NCBI RefSeq assembly: GCF_964355755.1
Contig: NC_092679.1
Location: 6,230,201-6,294,200, forward strand
Length of the DNA stretch: 64,000 nt
Reading direction: 5' to 3'
Source: Antedon mediterranea
Taxonomy: Eukaryota; Animalia; Echinodermata
The notes beneath the pieces are model-generated. The model was not told the origin of the DNA and made no database searches. It saw nothing but the letters and a program-made list of their open reading frames with translations. The position numbers and the translations under genes were made by a program. Below, piece by piece: positions 27,001-37,765 of the stretch (position 1 is its first letter; each line of letters opens with the position of its first letter).

Positions 27001-30000
27001 TTATGTTAGATCAAGCTGTCAGTCAATGGACATTGTTGGCTCATCCATTTACTATCAGTGTTGATGATATAAACAGGCACATACTACAATACTTAATTAA
27101 ACTACAAAAAAAATACATAGTATCTGAGGAATAATGTGCAATATACTATAACCGTACATTAAACAAAATATTTAAACATATTTTGCACTGAGGAATGGCT
27201 AGTGGTGTTTCCCGAAAGCTCTACAATTTATCTATGTCTTTTTATCTATGTCTGTTTTACTTTATCATTTTGATTTAGCTTTTTTTTGTTAATCTTACCA
27301 AAGAACTTATAACACAAGAATCTCCTGTTCTTCAATTTGCATTCAAAACACAGTATCGGAAGTACAGGGTTAAAAGGTCAAACTGGGCGACGCCATTTCA
27401 CAGCATGGAGCAGCGCCCCCTCCAAACTAGGAAGTCAATTACTCTACCCCCGTAGAGTATTAGCAGATCCCCTCTATGATTTTGACTTTCTAATTTGATG
27501 CGGGCGCCCTACTCCATGGCTCACAATGGTGCCACCCATAGCTCTAATCTATCCCACAATGCCTTTCGAAATTGTTACGCGCTTCGGACGAACAGGAGAT
27601 TCTTGTGTTATAAGTTCTTTGATCTTACACTGCAGTACATTTTTATCTTTTAAATGGTTGATAGTAAGACTTAAGGACATAATATTTTTACTGGCTATAA
27701 AAATTCCCAAAATGCTTACACAATACAGAAAATAGTAATATTTAAAGATCAAAATCATTTTTGTTTTTAATGAAAGTCAAGTCAAGTCAAGTCAAGTCAA
27801 GTATCATTTATTATCATTTGTTTTAGAAAAAACATAGAAATTCTGTTTGCTCTGTTGGCGGAGCACAATATCCAACGGACACAACACGAACTCAAAAACA
27901 AAAACATTACAAAAAAAAAAAAAGTCTACATCATATTTAAGGCTCTAATAGATCCTGGAAAGAAACTATTTGTAAATCGTGCCTTATTGGCCTTAATAGA
28001 ACGAAATCGCCGACCGCTGCGCATCAACTGGAACATACTAGAGGCCGGATGAAAATGATCATCTTTGATAGCCACTGCCTTTTTCAGAAGACGATCCGAA
28101 AATATGTTCTCCAGAGGCAGTTGTGTAGATCCAATTATACGCGATGCGGTCTTGACTATTCTATTTAGGTCACGCTTTTCATTTTAAATACTGTATCAGT
28201 AACTTAATTAAATCTACAACATTTTCTTTCAAAATTGTAGTTGTTTTGAAAAGAAACAATACAACTACTTTCAAAGGGTTCTTACTGTATAAATAGTTTG
28301 AATACAATTAGATTATCTTAAATTACCACAGTAAACTGGTATATCTACACTTTGATGGCTTAAATTGTACATTGTTTGGGAGGCAATGATGTGTGAAGTA
28401 CAGTAATTGGACACTAACAGTTAATTACAATTTTACAACTTTGGTCATCATACATTTTTAAATGTATTAATATACACCTCATTAACACAAATTAAATTTA
28501 AAAATAAAATTAAATGTATGACAACTCACCTTTAAAATCAACTTCTCCATTGCCATCTTCGTCAAATATGTCTATGACCCTTTGTACTAGAGGATTTTGC
28601 TGTAACTCTGGTAAAGACATGAACTCATCGATGCTAAGAGAACCAGAGTTATCAAGATCCAACTTCTTAAAGCGTTTTCCTAATCTCTTGATTTCATCGG
28701 CATCAACTGTTGGAATAAAAACCCGCATAAATTACAATTCAAGAGAACGGTTGTAGAATAAAGAGAATTCTAAAACATATTTTATTTGTTTTAGGAATCA
28801 CAAGGTGTATCGCAAGCCTACTGTACAGTACTGCAAGTTTATGAGTGTGTTTGCCTTCGCCTTAAACAATATGGTAACTATAATTCAACTCATGTACTGT
28901 AGTTGACTTATGTCTAGTAGTGGAAACTCTGCCAAAACTACACTTTCAGTTGAGATTCACAAGGTCCTAAATTAATTTTCAATACAATACCAGAATTTCA
29001 GGAAATTGGTCATATGTTTTGGCAGTCCAAGGGTTTCCAGTTTTGGAAGAATACACTGTATTATAATACAGTAATATCAATTTTTGTTATTATGTAAATC
29101 TAAATACGGTATTTTAAATACTATAATCTGATATTGGATTATGGAATTCTCACATGGTGTGTCCCAGCAAGACAGCTTTTAAAAGTAATATTTACTATAC
29201 ATTAAATGAGTTTTCAACATTTAATAATTTAACTATAAAACCAGATAATTGGGATTTTAACAGAAAATGTTGTATTATTTGTAAAAATTACAATAGATTA
29301 TACCTTTTAAATACAATAAAAGGTGTTCCATGTATTTGAACATACATTCATTATCTTTTATTGGCCAGTGGACTAAAAACGATCGTTTGCTTTTATTTCA
29401 AAACCATAGCCGGGAAGCAATAATTGAGCAGTTTAATATAGTCAATAAACTTACAATTGGAGCACATCTCCATCGGTAATGACCCCTCATTTCCCTGCAA
29501 AAAAAACATTCATAATAATAACAATAAAATAACAAACATTCATTCATTAACAAATATAATGATAAAAACGACCAAAATAAATCAGCTTTCGCTATTCAAT
29601 TTAAGTTAGTTACTAACTAGTCTACCTACTGTATACATATAGAGGGCAGTCTAGCTAGCTAGAGTAGACTAGAGGTAGGCCTATATAATAATATCAATAT
29701 ATTATTAGGCCTAGCCTATTCTTTATTTATTGCAATTTTTCTTACAGTTAATTAATATGAACATCTTTATCAAGCCTCTTAGTCTTAGATTATAGATTAG
29801 AAACAAACTCATTCTTCCCCAGCTATGAATGTTCTTCCTGAATGTAGCCGCTGTCTCTCTCTCTCCGTGTAGGAAAGAGGCCTAGCCTACTAGAGAGACT
29901 AGGCTAGAGTAAAGAGACTATACGGTACTACAGAACTACTACTTGTACTACTACTAGCCTAGGCCTAGGCCTACTACTCTAGGCTACCACCAGTCCAGGA

Positions 30001-30120
30001 GCAAAAAGTCAAATTTGGATATTAGCTTAATTAGCTGTTAAGTCAAGCAAGTAAACGGAAAACACTACAACGTTTGTATTCTGAAATATAAAAGATTCAT
30101 ATAATCATTAATCTTACCAT
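24086..30120 (-). CDS. PPP3R1: Calcineurin subunit B (protein phosphatase 2B regulatory subunit)
   Basis: Exons 30120-30118 (ATG only), 29494-29455, 28706-28530, 26441-26382, 24711-24527, 24133-24086. Protein: [39 protein letters not shown]...[40 protein letters not shown]...IHKKMVVDV. Four EF hands and a myristoylation Gly2. Confidence 0.98.
24162..24408. repeat. 18/21-bp minisatellite (GACCTCATTATAAATGyATGT)
   Basis: Tandem copies in the last PPP3R1 intron. Confidence 0.85.
26020..26310. repeat. ~22-bp minisatellite (CCCTCTTATTTTCATCCACACr)
   Basis: About 13 tandem degenerate copies in a PPP3R1 intron. Confidence 0.85.
26533..26568. mobile_element. 36-bp TIR-only micro-element with 7-bp TSD
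   Basis: CATAGAGATATTATAGT-TC-ACTATAATATCTCTATG is a perfect 17-bp inverted repeat, flanked by GTTCTAC at 26526-26532 and 26569-26575. Confidence 0.8.
27299..27622. mobile_element. MITE with ~32-bp perfect TIRs
   Basis: CAAAGAACTTATAACACAAGAATCTCCTGTTC ... GAACAGGAGATTCTTGTGTTATAAGTTCTTTG. Confidence 0.75.
27775..28180 (-). mobile_element. 5'-truncated non-LTR retrotransposon (Rex1/Babar- or CR1-group-like) 3' end
   Basis: Minus strand reads [16 protein letters not shown]...[39 protein letters not shown], a typical ORF2 C-terminus. It is followed by AATAAA and an (ACTTG)5 microsatellite tail. Confidence 0.85.
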
Positions 30121-31056
30121 TATTGTGATTTCAAATAGGTTAAAATTACGGTTTTAAAATCTACACAAGATCCGAAAAAACTCAGAAAATACTACTCCAC
30201 TGATATGATAGATACACAATCCGGGCAATTTAATCATATACGATTAGTCCATTAAATAGTAGGGATGAATAAATGTAAAATTTATTTATTGCGATTAAAC
30301 CCTTATTATATTTTCAAAATTTATCTAAAAATAAAATAAATGAAAATATATTCTAATAAAAACAGCTGCTCGTAATAAATGTTATTGTAATACTTAAAAC
30401 TAAGAATCACAAATAAACTACAGGTAACCCTGTTTAAATTTAGATTGCGGTTTATATGTTCACGCCCTCTATCTACTGTGATTATTATTCTCTGGCTTCA
30501 ATCCAAAATTATAAATCCTAACGCCTAGTTGGACACACCCACCCGCGGCCCAAGAAATCAGATTTATAGAGAGAAAATAATGTAATTAATAGTCCTATAA
30601 TATGATCGTGAAATCACAATGTATACTGTATTGATTCTTGGTATTAGCATATCAATAAAATATCTAGAAAATACTGTGAAAATGACGAAAGGAGAGACAA
30701 AGAGTTTGATCTAGAATGTCTTATTTTTTTGTTGAAAAATAATTATGTATTGTTTTATATTGGTTAAAGGTTTGCATTTGCGGTACACCACATATATTAG
30801 TTCTGAAATACGTTTCGATCATGTAGGCTTAATTACTTTTGTAGTAAAGTCGGATTTTGATTTTAATACAGTAGGCCTAATAGTCTATCTACCTACCTGT
30901 ACAAAAACTGTAAATTTTCATTTAATAAAGAATTATAATAAATAAATTCTTCTCTGGCTCCTGAATGGTTGGGCGACTTTTGCTCATTCTCACAGATTTC
31001 CTCATCTTTATCGTTTCCAATTTATTAAGCGATAAAGATGAGGAAATCTGTGAGAA

Positions 31057-31120
31057 CCGAGACTCGAACTCGGACCGCCTGCTTGATATGCAGATGTCCT
31101 TACCATTAGACCACTGGGGC
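31057..31120 (-). pseudogene. tRNA-like head (Asp/Glu-like) lacking the 3' acceptor strand
   Basis: GCCCCAGTGGTCTAATGGTAAGGACA-TCTGC-ATATCAA-GCAGG-CGGT-CCGAG-TTCGAGT-CTCGG. D, anticodon and T arms pair, but the 3' acceptor strand is replaced by TTCTCAC. Confidence 0.65.
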
Positions 31121-31267
31121 TTTCATGGTATTGTTCAACTTCTCGATTGGATAGCGACTCTTTAACATTCTCGGCGTGGTACAACATTCAACAAACGCCC
31201 TCACAATCAGTGGAGGCTAAACAAGTCAGAATCTGGTGGGTGAAAATCTGTGATAATACCATATATG

Positions 31268-31345
31268 GCTCTGTGGTCTAGTGGTATGATACTCGCCCTG
31301 TAAGAGAGAGGTTGCAGGTTCGAATCCCGCCAGAGAATTTTTTTT
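31268..31345 (+). pseudogene. Degenerate tRNA-like sequence (tRNA-Pro-like body) followed by a T-run
   Basis: GGCTCTGTGGTCTAGTGGTATGATACTCGCCCTGTAAGAGAGAGGTTGCAGGTTCGAATCCCGCCAGAGAA, then an oligo-T. A and B boxes are intact, with mismatches in the acceptor, anticodon and T stems. Confidence 0.65.
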
Positions 31346-31895
31346 CATACAACTAAAAAATACGGAACTTTTGCCAATGAGCTATGCTATGTGAGGTTAT
31401 GGTTCCGATTATGAGCACTGTTTCTATAACTTACAGTATGATTTATATATATATATATTAAGTTTGAATATGCCATTGTAATGTTACATAATAGTTATTC
31501 ACTTTGACCAAAATCTGGATCGAAAAAAAATGTATTTACCTGACAAAATTATGTAATTTCCGTCAAGACAAAATGCTCTATAGTCGTTTCTTTTGTCTTT
31601 TTATAAGTGAAATAACATTTTTGTTTTCTTTTTTTTTACAGAAGTGAATAACTTATTAATTTTCATTTTTCATGTTTTTGGAGGACAATACATCTTTAAC
31701 GATGGAGGAGGAATTGCATGCACAGCCGGCCGGGGGGGGGGGGGGGGGGGGGGGAGCGAGCGAGAGAGGAAAAATATAAGTCTAGAGGGCGCTCACCAAG
31801 TTTTTTAAACGTATCTCTCAGTGCTTTGTGTGTACTTCGTGTTTATCTTACGTAATATAAAACAAACCTTTCTAAAAAAGAGGAAAATTCACAAG

Positions 31896-32554
31896 ATGTC
31901 GAAATTATACAAAGTATTGACTGTTGGAGTTACGGTTGGTGGAAGTGGTTTTCTTGCGTGGGGACTAATGCAAGCAATAACCCCTACTAGAGAACAGATG
32001 CTAGAGGTAGGCCTACAAACACACTACTAATACTAAGCCTAGGCCCTAGTCCAGGCCTAGGCCTAATTAAAAGGCCTAGCCTACTTCACCAAGTAGAATC
32101 GCACCCAAAACTCCTTCCGGTCGGTCTTGGTCTAACTCCATGCACATTCGACCACCACTGGCCGCAGAGCCAATTGAAATGAGGCGTTGTTGTGTATTAT
32201 TATTAAATAATTCATAATTGATTGGTAGAAAGTTCAATAGGAAACTGCCACAATTTCAATATTATTTATTAAATTTGAGACATTATAATATAATAATAAT
32301 ATATTGTATATTTATATTATTAATACAGTAGTACTAGTAGTACAGTATTATTATTATGAATGACTATGTCTATATTAATCACTTTTTATTTATTATTTAT
32401 TTAGGTGTTGCCAGAAAAAAATCCAGAGTATATGACGGCATCGAGAAAGCGATCGCAGGAGTTTCTGGATGTAATCAAACTAGCAGCCGAAACAGACAAA
32501 CCGGTTTACAGAGATGGTATTGGGGTTATTTCCTCTCACATAAAAAAAGATTGA
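31896..32554 (+). CDS. UQCC3: Ubiquinol-cytochrome c reductase assembly factor 3 (Cbp4/UQCC3)-like, 86 aa
   Basis: Exons 31896-32006 and 32405-32554 give MSKLYKVLTVGVTVGGSGFLAWGLMQAITPTREQMLE|VLPEKNPEYMTASRKRSQEFLDVIKLAAETDKPVYRD...; N-terminal TM plus the TPxxEQML and AAxTDKPV pattern of Cbp4/UQCC3. Confidence 0.8.
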
Positions 32555-33736
32555 AAAAATACTCATAATTTGTATGCACTGCAATTGTACCATTTGAAGG
32601 ACTGTGTTATACTAAGGACGATAGGGAGCTGTTTTCATGACGTGTCACTCAACCATATGTCGTAGCTAAGCTGTTGAGTACAAAAGTCATTCTAAATAGC
32701 TGGTATAGAAGTTCATGCATTTCTATGCTAAATAGACTTCTATTATGCATATTATATTATGCAAGATTGACCAAGGAGAAGATATCAGTACAAGAACAGT
32801 CTAAATTGATCTAAAGAGTGTTTATGTTTCAGCAGAACTATTCAAACATGGCATCAATTATATGCTAATGTAATGAATGAACAATTAGTTGTATTTAGTA
32901 ATACAGTAGTACTGTAGTATTAGTTTATAATGAGGCGCTACTGTGGTATGCTAATCTGATGGATATATGACAAACTCTACTCAGTTTGATCAGGAGATTT
33001 ATTTTACATACCTGGTTTGATTAACACAATGTGATTTTTGCTTGATAACCTTATGATAAACAAGTATTTTTTTTACTACTGACTGATACCAGCTTGAATA
33101 TTTGGCTAACATAAGCTTTGTTTACACTATCAAACTATATGTGACAAAAAAGTGTGGCCATATATGGTAGTGATATGACATCATCATGTCCATATATGAG
33201 CACATCACATTGTTTTGTCACATGAAGTTTGATAGAGCATTATAGAGTTTTGTCAATTTTCTAAATCTGAATGGTGAGTTTCTGGAAACATTCACTTTGG
33301 TTTGTGTAGTACTTCATGTAAAGTTGCATTTATATATTCCCAAGTTACATTTTTCCATGCCTTTAACAAATTAAAAATATACACAATACCAAGGAGTATT
33401 TTACAACTCCCTGACAATACTGAATGAATCAGGAAATTATTAGGTGGTCTGCTGCCCTCTTGAATCTAGTTTCAAATATGGTGTTATGTGTTATGACATT
33501 AATATCATTATGGGCACATCACATTTTTTGTCACAAATTTTAACAGTGCAGACAGAGCTTAAGATTTGTTTCTTTCAACTTTGAATTTGATCTCTATAAG
33601 TTTGTCCTTCGTGAAAATTGTATACGTTTTCAAAATACATAAATATTTAAGAAAAATAAAACTATTATTATTTCATTTTTTTAATAAAGTTTCTTTTTTT
33701 TTTGTAAGCCAAAAAAAGTATTATATGTATTAATTA

Positions 33737-34081
33737 TTATTTCATGCTTTCTTCAAGTCTTTTCTGGACGGCCACTTCAAATTCAGCTATAAAATTCTTA
33801 TCAATTTTGCCAAGTCGACGTAAAAACCGATCACGTTCCAATTGGTTCCATTCTTCAAACCAGTTTGTAAAAAGTCGCATTTGACACATAAATATACTCG
33901 GAGGTTTGTCTTCGACTTTAAAAGATTCCATCGCGTCAAACAAAGTGGTTACGTCTGGTGGCACAGCTTTGTTGATCAAGTCTTTCAAAAAGTCTTCCTT
34001 GTGGAGTTTACTCCATGACGAGAACCAATGGTATATTGTACTTTGTTCATTTTCTACAACTGATTGTTCTGCCATTTTCAT
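33737..34081 (-). CDS. C14orf119: C14orf119-like protein (DUF4508)
   Basis: Intronless 114-aa ORF with HWFSSWS..KEDFLKDL..KAVP and KPPSIFMCQMRLFTNWFEEW...ERDRFL..L..ID..F. Confidence 0.88.
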   Translation of the reverse strand: MKMAEQSVVENEQSTIYHWFSSWSKLHKEDFLKDLINKAVPPDVTTLFDAMESFKVEDKPPSIFMCQMRLFTNWFEEWNQLERDRFLRRLGKIDKNFIAEFEVAVQKRLEESMK

Positions 34082-34681
34082 TACAAAGTTTGTGTCTTAC
34101 ACTACGACCATCAACATCATGTAAATAATTTCAAAGAACAGTATAGTAGTATCTTGGAACATCTTTAAAAAAAAGTATATAGCACTGTATTAAGTAATTA
34201 ATATATTTTATAGGCAGTTTTTTAAGTAGTATAGATATTACAGTATTATACAACACGGGGACGAATCGACTTAGGTGAAATACAAGTTAGCGAAACAAAC
34301 CATTCCTTCTTGCTTGTTGTGGTCATGTGAGTGTGGCAAGGTCGGACGAACATGGGCCTTGCTAGCCTAACCATATTATTATAGTGTTTTATATGTCTCA
34401 GGTAGTGAAAACAAGATATGTATCTGTTTAATATTTCTAAACTAAATACACTTATAATGGTCTTTATAAATTATTCACATTTCAACACTTAAAACATGAA
34501 AAACACTCACCAATCAATTCACACGTCAGTAAATAAATAATGTATTCGATTGGTACATTCTATCTCGCCTCCTCTCTCATCATCAGCTCTCGATCCTCCT
34601 CTGATCTCTCGTCGCCTCGGATCGGCCTTGCATACTTGCCAATCGAATACACTTATTTCAACTTTGACCTATCATAACAAC

Positions 34682-35226
34682 ATGGCTGCGCCCATGGTAG
34701 AAGTTGTTGTTGCGGATAGACAGGGTGAAATTAAACGCTTTACTTCTAAAACTGTTGGATCACCTGTTAATTTAAAGGAATTAAGTGTGACTTTAAAAGA
34801 TATTCAACAGAAAACAAATGCATATTTGACGGAACTTGTTGAAAAAGAGAAAGAAGCGTCAAACGTCACTTCGCAATCGACTACCGACGGTATGTTGTTG
34901 ATGGCTAACCACTCACCCGTAGACTTTTTAGAGTGCCTTCGCAATCTCAAAATGAAGCCTAGGCCTAGCTCCATATAGCCTAGACTGACGTGATGGCGTG
35001 AAAATTGTTACGATTATTAGATTTTGTTTAGAAAAGGGCTTAGCGTAGGCCAATCGGCCATAACATAATAGGCAATTATTACAATATGATAATATTAATA
35101 TTATTATACAGTATTAATTATTTAAAAAAAAATGTTTATTTCACTACAGTAACAGATGATAAGGAGGAAGATGACGAGGAGGAAGAAAAGAACCAGGAAC
35201 CAGCTCAGAAAAAGATAAAGACATGA
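34682..35226 (+). CDS. GON7: EKC/KEOPS complex subunit GON7-like, ~94 aa
   Basis: Exons 34682-34889 and 35150-35226 give MAAPMVEVVVADRQGEIKRF...LKELSVTLKDIQQKTNAYLTELVEKEK...DDKEEDDEEEEKNQEPAQKKIKT. The strand-strand-helix layout, acidic tail and PxxKKxKT end resemble GON7/C14orf142. Confidence 0.72.
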
Positions 35227-35493
35227 AAACGATCGATTACTGCTTAGTAAAGGAACAAAGTGTTGTATTATAATACAACAAGCGAGACCAAATCACTGAA
35301 TTTTATAGTACCTCCTGTATTCATGATTTAAAAAGATTAATTTATAATGCAGATGGATAAAAATTGATACAATAGTTGGCAATGTAAATACCGTCGATAC
35401 ATCTGGCGTGTGATAAGCTATTGTAACTAAGGAGGACAGTAACTAATTCAAGATGATTGATGAATTATAATATAAATTAAGCCCTAATTTAAT

Positions 35494-35844
35494 AAGCACA
35501 ATATAGAACGTTCATATATTTATCCGTGATAAAGATACTAACAACGTCACGAACGCCCTTTGAATGATTGCTTATTGTTTTCATTGTTGTATGCCTAAAT
35601 GGAAATAAATACAAATATATCCGTACCACCACCATTATTAATTGAACGAATAATATGATATTTAAATGAATTCTATTCTTATCCTTAAACGCTAGTCGTC
35701 GTTAGACATCGTGTGACTCACTTGCTCTGCTCCTCGCCATACATCGGTATGCACTATGGGATCGAATGCATAAGTCAAGTGGGTGAGTTAGTGAAGCACA
35801 ATATAGAACGTTCATATATTTATCCGTGATAAAGATACTAACAA
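35494..35844. repeat. Perfect 51-bp direct repeat 300 bp apart, abutting a SINE-like fragment
   Basis: AAGCACAATATAGAACGTTCATATATTTATCCGTGATAAAGATACTAACAA at 35494-35544 and 35794-35844. Confidence 0.9.
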
Positions 35845-37765
35845 GTGGGTGAGTGAGTGAGTGGCCGAGTTGTTAAGACAGGGGACCCCTATAATACATA
35901 GTTCATCTTTCGAGACGAGTAGGAGATTACCCCGTGTACTAGTACATACTAGTTCATACAGCCACTGTCACGCATATGCAGTATTTGCAAAAATCTTCAG
36001 CTTGTTGAAGGCGGCAACTTAAACAAGAAGTCTGTTTCTAAGATCCTGACGTATGGCTTACTCGGAATTTCGTTGGACCTACCACAGATCATCAAAACGT
36101 TTAGCAATACCATAAAGTTTTTCCGAAACAAGATCCCACCTTAAAAGTTCACTCCCCCTCTTTTAGCACATACAGTACTTCTTGTTCACACTGTAAGGCG
36201 TGCTACCTTTACTGAATCAATAGAAACTAAAATATGACCCCATTAGGCCTATATACAACCAATTTCTGTATACTGCATGCGCATACTAATATAGGGCATA
36301 TGACTATATAACGTATATACGATTGAATATTTCGACATAAAACATCGAATCAACCTTTGCTATTGACGCTGCAGATTTGCGCGCCTTTTAGTGTGAGAAA
36401 CGGCAGGTGCTACAATAATACAGAATCATCGCATTATCGATAAATTCGCTTTCGTTTGCATTCAATTGCGCATTTCCTCCGTGTCTCAACAGAATGATAT
36501 AACGGCAGAATTCGAAATACTTATAATAAAATATGTCTTTGATTTGTAAGCGGTGAAGCGATAGTAACAGGCCTATTTCAATAAGGAACAACCACATGCA
36601 GACTCTATTGAATGGTTTTAAATAGTTTAATCCAGTGTAAACACACTACTTTCAATATACGAAATCAAGCGAATGTTGATATTCACATTGTAAATCTAAA
36701 AGATTGCATTTAAAAGGGTAAGTTTGGCTTAGTGGAAATGTATTAGTTAATTAGTGTTTGATACATTCAGGCTACTGTTTTGTCACTGTTTTATGGGCGT
36801 TATAATTCATTTTGAAGTATGGGCACAGGCTATGGCTAGGCCGATGTTTAGAATATTATTAGATATTTATAAACCGCTTTCCAACTTGGATTCCATCAGT
36901 TGTGTGTACCGGAGACCTGAGGTTGCGTCATGTTTCACCAGGAAGAACAAGTCTTCAACACCTCAGTTTGGTATTGCGGTTACGATATTGAGGGGAAATT
37001 CCAAAGAACTTAAGGGGCTGCAGGCCGTAGATTGAAGGGGGTCATAGGGCCGTCTAATAACAATAACGCTTAGTAGGTGACGTAATCAAGAACTAAACCA
37101 GATACTGAATGTACGATAGGCCCATGCACTTAACCGCATCCTCAACACAGACCTATACTGTACCACATAAACGCTATTTTGTAGGAGTAACAAATGAATG
37201 GTCTAAAAAACGGGTCATAGTCATAGACACAGATATGCTGTACCAGTTACAATGTATGTCTATGGATAAAACACAGAGCCACCATGATTGAAGGATACAC
37301 ATTTAAAGTATGATTTATTTATTTTTTAATTTTATTTCATCATCACCCTAAAGTGACCATACGTCAACAGGGTTGAAAGACATGAAATATAATATAATGT
37401 ACAAGCCAAAAATCAACAAATAACAAGAGAACATTTAGATATTAGGCCTACTGACAAAACCTTATGACGGAAACAAGCAAGCGAATAAAAAAAAAAAGAA
37501 CAGAACTATCAACTTTACACAGTGGGTGGTATAACTTAGGCAGCAGATTAACAATACCATTTTTATATAGAAAATAAAGCCGAATTACGCAATTGATATT
37601 GTGGAACAGAAATAGGAAAGTACTATTTGTCTATGTATAACGGGATAATAACTAAATTAATTTAAAATGCGATATAGGCCTAGGCCTAATAATATTATGT
37701 CAATTATATTTTATTTTAAAATCAATATTTTAATATTATCAATAGGCTAATCTGATACTAGAACA

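Noticed and set aside
31057-31345. Functional tRNA genes
   Set aside because: Acceptor stems are broken or missing and several arms mismatch, so they are treated as tRNA-derived repeats.
36388-37291. Short ORFs between GON7-like and orphan gene 1
   Set aside because: No homology signal or phase-consistent splicing found.
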